Source: a virus (taxonomy: Duplodnaviria > Caudoviricetes). From it: a stretch of DNA of 50,793 nt. Positions 18,232 through 27,335 of the stretch are shown in pieces (the stretch's first letter is position 1; every line of letters starts with the position of its first letter). The stretch covers positions 1 through 50,793 of the IMG/VR virus record IMGVR_UViG_3300049914_000028; one strand, written 5' to 3'. The position numbers and the translations under genes were made by a program. Under the pieces are notes generated by a model. The model was not told the DNA's origin, did no database searches, and saw only the letters and a program-made list of their open reading frames with translations.

Positions 18232-18990
18232 ATGAATGATCTATTAGCGATCGAAACTATCCCCGGGAAAATATGCTCGAAGTGCGGAGTATTGAAACCT
18301 GACGATGAATTTTATTTTGACAAAACGGGGATACGTGGAAGGCGTTCCGCATGCAAGGTGTGTCGGGGCGTCGTAGACGCACAATATAGGAAAAACAATC
18401 GCGAAAGAATTGCAGAGAAAAACAAAAAGTGGTTTTCGGAACATTCTGAATACCTTAAAGAATACGGCAAGCAATGGAGGGCAGTTAATAAAGAACGACG
18501 TAAGTATCAAAATAAACGCTGGTGTCAGGAAAACAAAGAGCGTAAGAATGAAATGGATCGGAAATGGCACAAGGAGAACAGAGAAAGAACACTCCTTGCG
18601 GCACGGAAATCATCTCGAAAGCAATACAATACTCCCCAAGGGAAAATAAACTCCAGCATCCGCCGCCTCATGCTCCTCTCTCTGCAAGGTAAATCAAAAA
18701 ATAGAAGCCACTGGGAAGATTTGGTTGGATTTACCGCAGATCAATTAAAGACCCATCTTGAAAAGAGATTTAAACCAGGCATGACATGGGAAAACTATGG
18801 GAGAAATGGATGGCACATTGACCACAAAATTCCCATTGCGGCCTTTAATTATGAAATACCCGGAGATATTGATTTTAAGCGTTGCTGGTCATTAAAAAAC
18901 CTATCCCCCTTAGAATCATCAAAAAATTGCAGCAAGGGGGCAAGAATTGACAAACCGTTTCAGCCATCTTTAGCAATAGGAGTTAATTAA
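18232..18990 (+). CDS. HNH-type homing endonuclease with N-terminal Zn finger
   Basis: CSKC…CKVC, basic helical repeats, 'GMTWENYG..GWHIDHKIP…LKNLSPL…N.SKG'. Confidence 0.85.
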   Translation: MNDLLAIETIPGKICSKCGVLKPDDEFYFDKTGIRGRRSACKVCRGVVDAQYRKNNRERIAEKNKKWFSEHSEYLKEYGKQWRAVNKERRKYQNKRWCQENKERKNEMDRKWHKENRERTLLAARKSSRKQYNTPQGKINSSIRRLMLLSLQGKSKNRSHWEDLVGFTADQLKTHLEKRFKPGMTWENYGRNGWHIDHKIPIAAFNYEIPGDIDFKRCWSLKNLSPLESSKNCSKGARIDKPFQPSLAIGVN

Positions 18991-19308
18991 GTGGGGAAAA
19001 AATCACTCTCAACACCCCGAAGCCAAGTAAGAGCCGCTTTGCGGAGACTCAGTTTAAGATCCCGTGAAAGGGCTTCCTGCCTCAAACGCGATCATTATAC
19101 ATGCCAGCAGTGCGGAGCCAAACAGAGCCGGGCAAAGGGCTTCGAGGTTTATGTGGAGGCCCACCATAAGAACCCCCCGCAATGGGATGTTCTCATAGAT
19201 ACCGTTTATGAGATGCTTTTGTGCCACAGCGACGATCTGACCACGCTTTGTAAATCCTGCCATCAGCGCGAGACGGACGGGGAAATAATCAAGGAGATAG
19301 GGATATGA
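18991..19308 (+). CDS. Small HNH endonuclease
   Basis: 'RDHYTCQQCG…VEAHH…LTTLCKSCH'. Confidence 0.85.
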   Translation: MGKKSLSTPRSQVRAALRRLSLRSRERASCLKRDHYTCQQCGAKQSRAKGFEVYVEAHHKNPPQWDVLIDTVYEMLLCHSDDLTTLCKSCHQRETDGEIIKEIGI

Positions 19309-19556
19309 AAACATCGGCGAAAAGATCGGCAAAACGGAAGATTAAAGACTTGCCGGGAAACCCAAATCTCCGGGGGGTTAAATTCCATGATCCCAAAACA
19401 GGCACAACGGGTTACTGGTTTTCTCAGTGGGGATACGAGGACGGCAAGGCGGGGATATGGTGGAAGAAAGATATGAAATCCGATGCCATTTTCCCGTTAT
19501 TTCTGGATGATCTTAAAGAGGCCCTTGAATTTGAGGTGGTGGAGGTGAGGACATGA
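19305..19556 (+). CDS. Hypothetical protein
   Basis: ATGA-coupled in the operon. Confidence 0.55.
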   Translation: MKTSAKRSAKRKIKDLPGNPNLRGVKFHDPKTGTTGYWFSQWGYEDGKAGIWWKKDMKSDAIFPLFLDDLKEALEFEVVEVRT

Positions 19557-19801
19557 GAGAATCAATCTTGGGTTGCGAGTATGAGGTGGCCGGAGAATTG
19601 GCGCAAGCCGCTGTTGATGCGGCGCAAAAGAAGTTGGAAAAAATAGCGAACAAGACCGGAGACGAGGCGGCATTTTGGGGGTTTCGCGTGACACTGGATT
19701 TTGTCCATCTTGCTGATAAATATTCAAAAATCTCACAAAAAATTCGGGTAACGGAAATCCTGAACTGGAATTACCCGGAAAAACAGGAGCTGAACTCATG
19801 A
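19553..19801 (+). CDS. Hypothetical protein
   Basis: ATGA-coupled, RBS GGAGG. Confidence 0.55.
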   Translation: MRESILGCEYEVAGELAQAAVDAAQKKLEKIANKTGDEAAFWGFRVTLDFVHLADKYSKISQKIRVTEILNWNYPEKQELNS

Positions 19802-20061
19802 AAACCTACGAACTTAACGGCGCGTCGGCAACATCGGCAATGCTCTGGTTTTTGAGGCATGAAAGGTTGCGACATTACCAGGACATTGAAGCGATAGAGA
19901 GGGATATCGAAGGACTGTTAGCGATGAAAGTCAAACTCCCGGACCATCCGCCGCTTGATACCTTCATCACCATACCAGGCGACCATACAACTGTATGTCA
20001 GGACCATATTGCTGACGTCACGGAAATGGTCTATCTGCCGATCTCGAAAGGGCAAACATGA
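19798..20061 (+). CDS. Hypothetical protein
   Basis: ATGA-coupled. Confidence 0.55.
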   Translation: MKTYELNGASATSAMLWFLRHERLRHYQDIEAIERDIEGLLAMKVKLPDHPPLDTFITIPGDHTTVCQDHIADVTEMVYLPISKGQT

Positions 20062-20387
20062 GACGAAAACGTGCGTATATTGCAGGACCATATTCAGGGG
20101 GAGATATTATCACAATTTTGCACAATATCCGGCAGGGAATAAATAAAGCCGCCATGCTCATGCGTGAGGGATACGCGGTTTTTTGCCCTTTTCTCGATTT
20201 CTTAATTGCCCTGATGCCGGGCGAACCCATAGACAAAGCGGTTTATCAGGCCAACAGCATGGCATGGGTTGAGTGCTGCGACGTGATGTACGTTTTGCCG
20301 GGATGGGAAACATCAAACGGCACAAAGCGGGAAATTGCAAGGGCGGAAGAGTTGAATATTCCTGTATTGTATGAGGGGAAAACATGA
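20058..20387 (+). CDS. DUF4406/DUF1937-like (nucleoside deoxyribosyltransferase fold) protein
   Basis: 'YIAGPYS…CDVMYVLPGWETSNGTKRE…A'. Confidence 0.8.
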   Translation: MRRKRAYIAGPYSGGDIITILHNIRQGINKAAMLMREGYAVFCPFLDFLIALMPGEPIDKAVYQANSMAWVECCDVMYVLPGWETSNGTKREIARAEELNIPVLYEGKT

Positions 20388-20710
20388 AGATACCTGACCT
20401 TACAAAAGTGGGGGCAAACGATGTTGCTGTTCAGTATTCTAATGATCTAAAGGATAAAGACGGCGATCATATATTTGGTCTTGCTACCCCCTGGATGAAT
20501 CTGATTGAATTATCAACGCATTATCAAGGCCAAGCATTACCAGAAGGGACGATAACGGATACATATTTCCATGAAATAACGCATATTATCAATGCAACAT
20601 ACGGTTTAGAATTAGAAGAACATCAGATCATTGGATTGACGGGTGCATGGCTTCAGGTCATCCGCGATAACGACCTTGATTTCAGGGGAGATAAAAATGA
20701 CATCAAATGA
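20384..20710 (+). CDS. HExxH metallopeptidase-like phage protein
   Basis: 'DTYFHEITHII…E…VIRDN'. Confidence 0.7.
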   Translation: MKIPDLTKVGANDVAVQYSNDLKDKDGDHIFGLATPWMNLIELSTHYQGQALPEGTITDTYFHEITHIINATYGLELEEHQIIGLTGAWLQVIRDNDLDFRGDKNDIK

Positions 20711-20873
20711 CGCGATAAACCCATCATGCCCCATCTGCCAGGACACAGGATTTACAAAAGGCAAGCTGTGTTTTTGCATAACCGGCGAGAAGCCTTACGA
20801 TTTGCCGGACGGATGGGAGGACATTTTCGGGGACATTTTGCGCGGTAAGAAGGATGAAAAAAGGGGGAAGTAG
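20697..20873 (+). CDS. Small Zn-finger protein
   Basis: CPICQDTG…CFC; RBS GGAG. Confidence 0.5.
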   Translation: MTSNDAINPSCPICQDTGFTKGKLCFCITGEKPYDLPDGWEDIFGDILRGKKDEKRGK

Positions 20874-21223
20874 TGGATAAAAATACCAGCAATGGTCAAG
20901 AATTGCAGGCAAAATCGGAAAAATGCCGACGTTATGTTCCGGTGGGCCTGATTGAGCAATTCATTTTGAATTACAAGGCTGTTCCTCCAGAGTTCGGCGA
21001 AGTAGGGAATGAATGGAGAAACTACCGGATCGAATACGGGGGCCATGCTCAATCATGTTTTATGGAGAAGGTGATTTATCTGCCGAGATATGGTGATTCT
21101 TATGTGATCGAACTGCTTTTCGACTTCTGGCAGGCCGAAGGAAGAAGGAAACGACGGAAGATACTGGCCGATATTATAAACGAACTTGCGAGGGATCTGG
21201 ATGACAAAAACCGAAATAGTTAA
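20873..21223 (+). CDS. Hypothetical protein
   Basis: Coupled ORF filling the operon. Confidence 0.5.
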   Translation: MDKNTSNGQELQAKSEKCRRYVPVGLIEQFILNYKAVPPEFGEVGNEWRNYRIEYGGHAQSCFMEKVIYLPRYGDSYVIELLFDFWQAEGRRKRRKILADIINELARDLDDKNRNS

Positions 21224-22169
21224 AGATGCAATACGGCGGTTTGAGCATTTGCCGACGCGGACGATTGCCCGTTACATTCTGCACAATTACGGGCCGCTAT
21301 TTGATGGGAATCTTGAAAAGATTCGGTCAAATATCCGTTACCATGTTGGGGCAGGAGGAGACAAAAACCGAAAAGATTTGAAACAAAAGATTTCTCATTC
21401 TCCTCAACCCCTCCCCGCCACGTGGCGCAAGACGCGAAATGCTTACAAGCTCCCCCCTGGCCTTTGGCTCATTCTCTCCGATCTCCATATCCCCTTCCAT
21501 GAACCCAAACCTATAGAGGCCGCTGTAAAATTCGGTCAGGCTGAAAAGGTGACGGGAATTCTTTTCAACGGGGATCTACAGGACTGCGCCTCAATATCAT
21601 ATTGGCCGTCAGGCCGGAAACGGGACTTCGATAAAGAAGTGGAAATATTTATAGATTTCCTTGATTTCATAGAAAATGAGTTACCGGGCACGAAAAAGGT
21701 TTATAAACCCGGGAACCATGAATATCGACTACCCCGCTACTACCAGGCAAAAGCCCCAGAGCTGATCGGCCTACCCCTTCAAGCAGTTGACGACATTCTC
21801 GGCCTCGAATACCGGGGGATTGAATTTCTTGATTACTTTCAAATGGTAATGGCTGGCAAGTTGCCAATTTTCCACGGCCATGAATTTCAAAACATATCCA
21901 GAGCGGTCAACCCGGCGCGTGGTCTTTTCCTTAGAACAAAGACCTGGGCTGCCTGCTCGCATTGTCATTCGACATCAGAACACACACCCAAGAATGTTTT
22001 CGGAACCCTACTCACAACATGGTCATTTGGATGTCTCTGTGACCTAAACCCTGACTATAACCCATTTGGGAACGACTGGAACCACGGCTTCGCCCTTGTA
22101 AATGTTGAGAAAAATGGTGATTTTGAGGTTCAGAACCGGAGGATACTACCGAATGGGAAGGTGGTTTGA
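21201..22169 (+). CDS. Calcineurin-like metallophosphoesterase
   Basis: 'SDLHIP', 'NGDLQD', 'GNHE', 'HGHE', 'SHCH', 'GCLC…W.HGFA'. Confidence 0.88.
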   Translation: MTKTEIVKDAIRRFEHLPTRTIARYILHNYGPLFDGNLEKIRSNIRYHVGAGGDKNRKDLKQKISHSPQPLPATWRKTRNAYKLPPGLWLILSDLHIPFHEPKPIEAAVKFGQAEKVTGILFNGDLQDCASISYWPSGRKRDFDKEVEIFIDFLDFIENELPGTKKVYKPGNHEYRLPRYYQAKAPELIGLPLQAVDDILGLEYRGIEFLDYFQMVMAGKLPIFHGHEFQNISRAVNPARGLFLRTKTWAACSHCHSTSEHTPKNVFGTLLTTWSFGCLCDLNPDYNPFGNDWNHGFALVNVEKNGDFEVQNRRILPNGKVV

Positions 22170-22293
22170 GTTTATTTTAGTCGCGTTTTGTGGCCTTGTG
22201 GTGCACGAAACACGCACAAAATCAAACTATTTTACACGCCATAAATAGGCCCCACAGCCTACAAACGGCATGTAAAATATAAAAGGCGCAAAA

Positions 22294-23064
22294 ATGAAAT
22301 GGTTCCGATTTTGGAATGACACGATAAACGATGTAAAGATTCTCCAATTATCTGATTATGAGTATCGGATTTGGACCTATCTGTTATCTTACGCATCGGC
22401 CACGGATTCACTTTCAGGACACTTTCAAATCACTTTCAAACTACTTTCACTTCACTTTCACCAGCGTTTCAACTTGTTTTCACGTGCGATTGAAACGTTT
22501 CAAAGGGTGGGTTTAATCACTGTTGATGAAGATGGATATATCACAATAACAAATTGGAATAAAAGACAGTTTGCTTCTGATAATGCTTATGAACGGGTAA
22601 AGAAACACCGGGAAGTCACACTAAAAAGAAACGTTTCTGTAACGGCACCAGAAGCAGATACAGAAACAGATACAGATAAGAAGAAGAAGAAAACACCTCC
22701 TCGTAAAAAATTAACAGACGAAGAATGGATTGAAAGCCTGAAGTCCAATCCTGCTTATATCGGTTTAGATATACAGGTTATCAAGGGGAAGTGTGAGGCG
22801 TGGTGTTTTAATAAAGGGAAAATGTTTACCAGAGCGCGATTACTGAACTGGTTAAACCGAGAAGAACGGCCAATGGGAGGCGACGGCAATGGATCAGGAG
22901 CTTATCGACGCCCAGGCGCGTCTTTTGAAAAAGCGGGAAGAGGAAAAGATGACGGTGCAAGAGGAGATCGGCTACCAAAAGAATACATCCCCGAAACCCT
23001 ACCAGACATTACCGAGGAGGAAAGACAGCGGAACCTCGAACGCCTCAAAGAGCTTACGGGATGA
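22294..23064 (+). CDS. Replication initiator (replisome-organiser/DnaD-like)
   Basis: 'KWFRFWND…D.KI', 'I.NWNKRQ…ERVKKHR', 'EADTETDTDK', C-terminal 'LLNWLNRE'. Confidence 0.8.
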   Translation: MKWFRFWNDTINDVKILQLSDYEYRIWTYLLSYASATDSLSGHFQITFKLLSLHFHQRFNLFSRAIETFQRVGLITVDEDGYITITNWNKRQFASDNAYERVKKHREVTLKRNVSVTAPEADTETDTDKKKKKTPPRKKLTDEEWIESLKSNPAYIGLDIQVIKGKCEAWCFNKGKMFTRARLLNWLNREERPMGGDGNGSGAYRRPGASFEKAGRGKDDGARGDRLPKEYIPETLPDITEEERQRNLERLKELTG

Positions 23065-23175
23065 TATGGTGCGCATTACCTACATAAGAGGGATTTCACG
23101 AGACCTGACCCATAAAGTAAGGCGTGATATTGCAGAGGATCTTATCAAACACGGATGGGCGCGAGAGGGATATTG

Positions 23176-23526
23176 ATGGATTGCTCCAAATGTGAAAAAT
23201 GGAATAAAGGCCGAGGTCAGAAGGAATGTACCACGAGCTGTAAGCAATACCGTGATTTTCAGCGAAATTCGGTCAAACGTGAATCGATCAGGACGGAGCA
23301 TATCCCCCAAGCGATTCTGGAAAATATAGCAGATCCGCGCACGCGCACTTTGTTAAATCTTATCCAACAATTACCGCCGATTTATTCCGTGCCGCTGATG
23401 ATGAGATCCTTGCTCAACATGTCATACGAGGAGATAGCTTTGTATCATCACGTTTCCCGGTCGCCGATGCAGAGGAGGATCAGCCACGCGATTGTGATAC
23501 TCAAAAAGTCGCTGCTTGATGGGTGA
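23176..23526 (+). CDS. Cys-cluster plus sigma70 region-4-like HTH protein (transcription regulator)
   Basis: CSKC…C…C, then 'IQQLP…MSYEEIA…VSRSPMQRRISHAI..LKK'. Confidence 0.7.
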   Translation: MDCSKCEKWNKGRGQKECTTSCKQYRDFQRNSVKRESIRTEHIPQAILENIADPRTRTLLNLIQQLPPIYSVPLMMRSLLNMSYEEIALYHHVSRSPMQRRISHAIVILKKSLLDG

Positions 23527-23584
23527 ACCGCCGGAAGGGGTGATTGTTCATCCTGGCGCAAATTAGACCATAAAAAAGGCAATA

Positions 23585-23612
23585 AAAAAGGGGAGCCGAA
23601 GCCCCCCTTCCC
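23585..23612 (-). terminator. Intrinsic terminator of the leftward island
   Basis: Minus strand GGGGGC-TTCG-GCTCCC-TTTTTT. Confidence 0.75.
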
Positions 23613-23647
23613 TTCCATTTCCCTCCCTTCTGTTTTATCGGCGGTCG

Positions 23648-23830
23648 TTATCTAAATCTCATATCTCGATCAATATAGTGATCGAGTTTTTCGGCGTAAA
23701 TGGTATCCACCCGGACCCATTGCCGATCATTGTTTGAGTAGCAAGGGATTTTCTCCCGCTTGCAATATGCGCGGAGAATCTTAGTTTCATCAACACTATT
23801 CAACAGATATTTGCTTTTATTCTCTCTCAT
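23648..23830 (-). CDS. Hypothetical protein
   Basis: RBS GGAGGGAAGG. Confidence 0.5.
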   Translation of the reverse strand: MRENKSKYLLNSVDETKILRAYCKREKIPCYSNNDRQWVRVDTIYAEKLDHYIDRDMRFR

Positions 23831-23842
23831 CTTCCTTCCCTC

Positions 23843-24022
23843 CTATTCTGGCCCGGTGGCCAATTTGATTTTATCCGCCTCTTCCTCCAGCGCGGCCTCC
23901 ACGATTGCGCGCGCGCAGTCTGCCAACGTGCGTCGCCGTTCCCTCTTCCTTCTCGCCTCCAATGCCTTCAAAGTCTCGTCGGTCAGGCGCACAAATACGC
24001 GATTGTACTTTTTGGCTGTCAT
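23843..24022 (-). CDS. Ribbon-helix-helix (Arc/CopG-like) DNA-binding protein, 59 aa, not in the ORF track
   Basis: MTAKKYNRVFVRLTDETLKALEARRKRERRRTLADCARAIVEAAL…; RBS GGAGGGAAGG. Confidence 0.75.
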   Translation of the reverse strand: MTAKKYNRVFVRLTDETLKALEARRKRERRRTLADCARAIVEAALEEEADKIKLATGPE

Positions 24023-24207
24023 ACCTTCCCTCCTTCAACTTGCGTTGTGAACCATTCGTTAAATCCGCCGTCCGTCCCATGCTTTCCAATCCATGCCGTC
24101 CGGTATTTATCATACGCCTCTATCAGTTCCCGAACGATTCTTTGTATTTCTTTCGTTTTCATAACTCCTCTTTCTCCCGGCGCATCCCCGCCGGGTGGGG
24201 TGAAAGG

Positions 24208-24807
24208 TTAGGCTGTTGCCTGTTCTTTTGCCGGTCTGATCCATGATTTATCCACTAACCATGTAAACCCGCGATCAAATTTCACCTTGTAAGATTTCTT
24301 GCAAACTTTTACAATTTCACCATTGCCGCCCGAATAATCAAAGACACGGCTGCCGACGCTGAAAACTTTATCGCTCTCTTCTCTATTGGCTTGCCGTTTC
24401 CGTTCTGCATCCCCAGCCACCCGGACGTTAAGAATATTCTCGGCTTTTTCTCTCATCCCTTTGGCAATGTCCAGCGATTCAAAGGCCCGATCATCCGCTG
24501 CGTTCATCCTGGCGCGTGCTGGTATATGTCCTGGCTGCGTGATGAAAGCCCAATCATGCCGATATTCAGGGTGGCTATTTAGTGCCACCTCCGCCCGTTT
24601 CTCGCGTTTATCCGCCCATTCTTGATAACGTCCGGCTTTACGCTCTGCCTTTTCCGTCCTGAATGCCCGGATCTCGTCAACGGTTTTCGGCTCGCATCCG
24701 GGGCAGAATATCCCCGTGGTTTTCTCATACATTGCCAGCGTTCCAATTTCCAATGCCGCGCCGCACTTGGAACATTCGCCTTGATATTTTACCGTCAATT
24801 GTCGCAT
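24208..24807 (-). CDS. DUF3560-like protein with N-terminal Zn ribbon
   Basis: CSKC…CPGC; 'RTEKAERKAGRYQEWA…FITQPGHIPARAR'; SH3-like tail. Confidence 0.55.
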   Translation of the reverse strand: MRQLTVKYQGECSKCGAALEIGTLAMYEKTTGIFCPGCEPKTVDEIRAFRTEKAERKAGRYQEWADKREKRAEVALNSHPEYRHDWAFITQPGHIPARARMNAADDRAFESLDIAKGMREKAENILNVRVAGDAERKRQANREESDKVFSVGSRVFDYSGGNGEIVKVCKKSYKVKFDRGFTWLVDKSWIRPAKEQATA

Positions 24808-24862
24808 GATTAAATCCCTCCTCTCCCCGTCTCTCCGGGGTGCCTCTGGTTAGTTGTTTCGG

Positions 24863-25045
24863 TTAATCTTCTTCCGTAATGAATTGAATGGGTGATCCAT
24901 CTTTTATGTGACATGGTTGTTTTGTCTTTTGATTGATGAAAAACTCCGTACAAACAAGGCTATTATCGCTTTGTTTATATGCTAAAAATCCGACCCCGAC
25001 GTGACAATTAAAAAGTTCACCCGTCTGCTTTTTTGTGATCTTCAT
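24863..25045 (-). CDS. Hypothetical protein
   Basis: RBS GGAGG. Confidence 0.55.
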   Translation of the reverse strand: MKITKKQTGELFNCHVGVGFLAYKQSDNSLVCTEFFINQKTKQPCHIKDGSPIQFITEED

Positions 25046-25152
25046 GGCCTCATCCTCCTATTTGATGGTTTATAATGGCCTGGACAATCCAGACTATTAG
25101 CAAACCATCAAGGTCTGCTGACTAATGGCCTATACAGTACGCCGGATGGGGT

Positions 25153-25668
25153 TTAAGCTGCTGCATTGTTCTGGAGGTCGAATAGCATGACCTTCAATTT
25201 CGTGACTTCGGCGGACAGTGACATTCTTTCCTGAATTACTTCCCGGTGTTCACGGCGTACATCCGCGAGCGCTTCGCTCAGTTCATGGATGTAATCTTCC
25301 TTCAAACCGATCGTTTTGTCCCGCTTGTCAATCTCGGCTTTCGCTAAAATCTTCAAATCTTCCTTATCCTTATTCAGCAGGTTAATCGAGGTTCGGGCTG
25401 TCTGAAGGTCGGCGCTCAAGTTCCGGTTGTTTTCCATCTCCGCTTGATATTCCATGAAAAGGTCGGCGCTGAAATCATCCCGCACTTTCCCATTAAACCA
25501 TTCCACCAGATTTTCGGTGAACAGCATGGAAAGGTATGTCTGCGTACCCTTGAAACGGTTCGTGATACGGTTAAGGATTTCGATCTCTTCACTCTTCCCG
25601 GTCTGTGAATTAATCCCGCTCGGCGCTTCGATGGTTACTTCAATGATGCTCTCGTTAGTTTTTTTCAT
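25153..25668 (-). CDS. Coiled-coil hypothetical protein
   Basis: RBS GGAGG; 'EVTKLKVMLFDL' end. Confidence 0.65.
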   Translation of the reverse strand: MKKTNESIIEVTIEAPSGINSQTGKSEEIEILNRITNRFKGTQTYLSMLFTENLVEWFNGKVRDDFSADLFMEYQAEMENNRNLSADLQTARTSINLLNKDKEDLKILAKAEIDKRDKTIGLKEDYIHELSEALADVRREHREVIQERMSLSAEVTKLKVMLFDLQNNAAA

Positions 25669-25760
25669 GGCATGGCCTCCTATTATTTTATTAGTGCAAT
25701 CCGGCGCACTATGTAAACCATTAGTCTGCTTAGTGAGATCAGCAATGCTCCGGTAAAGGG

Positions 25761-25970
25761 TTAAAATCCGTTATATCCTGCACAATATCCAGCTACGTAA
25801 GCATTTCGATTCTCGGACAGTTTCAAACTTCCCGGATTACATTTGTTCCCATGTTTCGCGGCACGTTTCCCATCATCATAATAACCGACGGTGTCAATTG
25901 TCTCCGGCGGCAATGGGCGGTATTTCATCCGACGTGCTATCCGTTCAAGGTCTTTTGCGCGTGGTCCCAT
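25761..25970 (-). CDS. Hypothetical protein
   Basis: 'AYVAGY..GY' motif; RBS CAGGT. Confidence 0.5.
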   Translation of the reverse strand: MGPRAKDLERIARRMKYRPLPPETIDTVGYYDDGKRAAKHGNKCNPGSLKLSENRNAYVAGYCAGYNGF

Positions 25971-26129
25971 GATCCACCTGCTTTCTGGAGCATTACAAAT
26001 CCCACTAAGTTTTCCCTCTGCTATCCGCCCCGCCGTCTCTCCTCAGACTAACCCTAAGTGCTCCCGGTCAGGTGGTTCTGGTCTCTATATTTAGTTTTCA
26101 GTGAGCTTTGTTTCCTTTGTCATATATAA

Positions 26130-26146
26130 AGCAATGCCCGTGCCAA
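26130..26146 (-). promoter_or_regulatory. Sigma54 (-24/-12) promoter
   Basis: Minus strand TTGGCACGGGCATTGCT, with exact GG-N10-GC spacing. Confidence 0.7.
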
Positions 26147-26240
26147 AGGTAGCGACAGATGATAATAAATCGTAAACCGGCGATATGCAAAGGAATTATA
26201 TTGTTTTGTCGCCCAGCTATCAACACGAGAAAACATGAAC

Positions 26241-26303
26241 TGGATACTAAGTATCTGGATACTGGATACAATGTATCCGAAAATGGTGGATAGAAAGTAT
26301 CCA
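26241..26303. repeat. Three imperfect palindromes TGGATAC-N3-GTATCCA (candidate activator/operator sites)
   Basis: 26241-26257, 26263-26279, 26287-26303. Confidence 0.7.
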
Positions 26304-26481
26304 CTTTTAGTTTACATAATGTCTGGAATTATGGGACATGCCTATTTGGCACACCATTGCACCTCACGCCCAAAAGGGGCGGGTCAAAATAAATCTTTAG
26401 TCGTGATATTAAGAGGATGCACCCGCTAATCAGCGTTTTAGGGGTCGCGAAATGTTGTAACGAAGTAAGGGGGATAATTTT

Positions 26482-26898
26482 ATGAAGGGTTGGAAAAGGT
26501 CATTCTATGCAATCCCGGTTAAATCAAATGAAGCTGATTTGTGTGTCCTATATCCACACTTTCCAAGCGAGTTCGACATTCAAACAGAGCTGTACGGGGA
26601 ATTGTCTTTCCTTTGTTATAGCCTGGACAATAAGACCGAGATCAAAAGCGAAGTAACTGCTTTTTATGACAAGATAAAATCAAGATTTGATTTGATGATA
26701 TTCAAGGATCGCATTCCTATTTGTGCAATCGAAGTTAAACGCTATCAAGACAAATCAGAAAATCAAGAGCATCAACAATACAAACAAAAGATCAGATATG
26801 AAATGTTTGCAAGGGCCTCAGGCATCCCTGTCTTGTATTGTACGGGAATGAAAGACGTGAGGGGTATTGTTGAAAAGGTCAAGGACATAATCATTTGA
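26482..26898 (+). CDS. PD-(D/E)XK nuclease-like protein
   Basis: 'SRFDLMIFK….CAIEVKR…Q..KQ..RY…GIPV'. Confidence 0.65.
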   Translation: MKGWKRSFYAIPVKSNEADLCVLYPHFPSEFDIQTELYGELSFLCYSLDNKTEIKSEVTAFYDKIKSRFDLMIFKDRIPICAIEVKRYQDKSENQEHQQYKQKIRYEMFARASGIPVLYCTGMKDVRGIVEKVKDIII

Positions 26899-27335
26899 AT
26901 CATACCAATCAACTATGGAAACCCTCAGCAGCCCCGAAGCGAGTGCGTCGCCCTGGCCTTATAGTCTATCCAAAAGACGGTCATGACCTGGCTGTGTGTG
27001 CAAGCTGCGCGAATAAAGGCCATTGTGAAAACCCTTGCAGCCCTTTGAAATGGATCAACGGCGACAAACCGTTAAAAGAGAAGATCCTCGATGAACCGAT
27101 GGATGATTTTGAACGCCCCGACTATAACATTGTCCTACATGAACTATCTCAAACCCCTACATCATCAGACAGAATAGAGGAAATCATAAAGGTTCGGGAT
27201 TACCGGCGACGTGCCATCTGTTCGATGCTCGCCGTTCAGATCCCACGGGCCAACATCGCCGCTCTGCTCGGGATCACACGCCAACATCTACATAGATTGA
27301 TCGAACCCATGTTACATGGCAAAAACGGCGATTGA
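26895..27335 (+). CDS. Cys-cluster plus C-terminal HTH protein (candidate late transcription regulator)
   Basis: CASC…C…C; 'IPRANIAALLGITRQHLHRLI'; immediately upstream of the packaging genes. Confidence 0.6.
   Translation: MNHTNQLWKPSAAPKRVRRPGLIVYPKDGHDLAVCASCANKGHCENPCSPLKWINGDKPLKEKILDEPMDDFERPDYNIVLHELSQTPTSSDRIEEIIKVRDYRRRAICSMLAVQIPRANIAALLGITRQHLHRLIEPMLHGKNGD

Noticed and set aside
26346-26361. Second, rightward sigma54 promoter TTGGCACACCATTGCA
   Set aside because: GG-to-GC spacing is 9 nt rather than the required 10.
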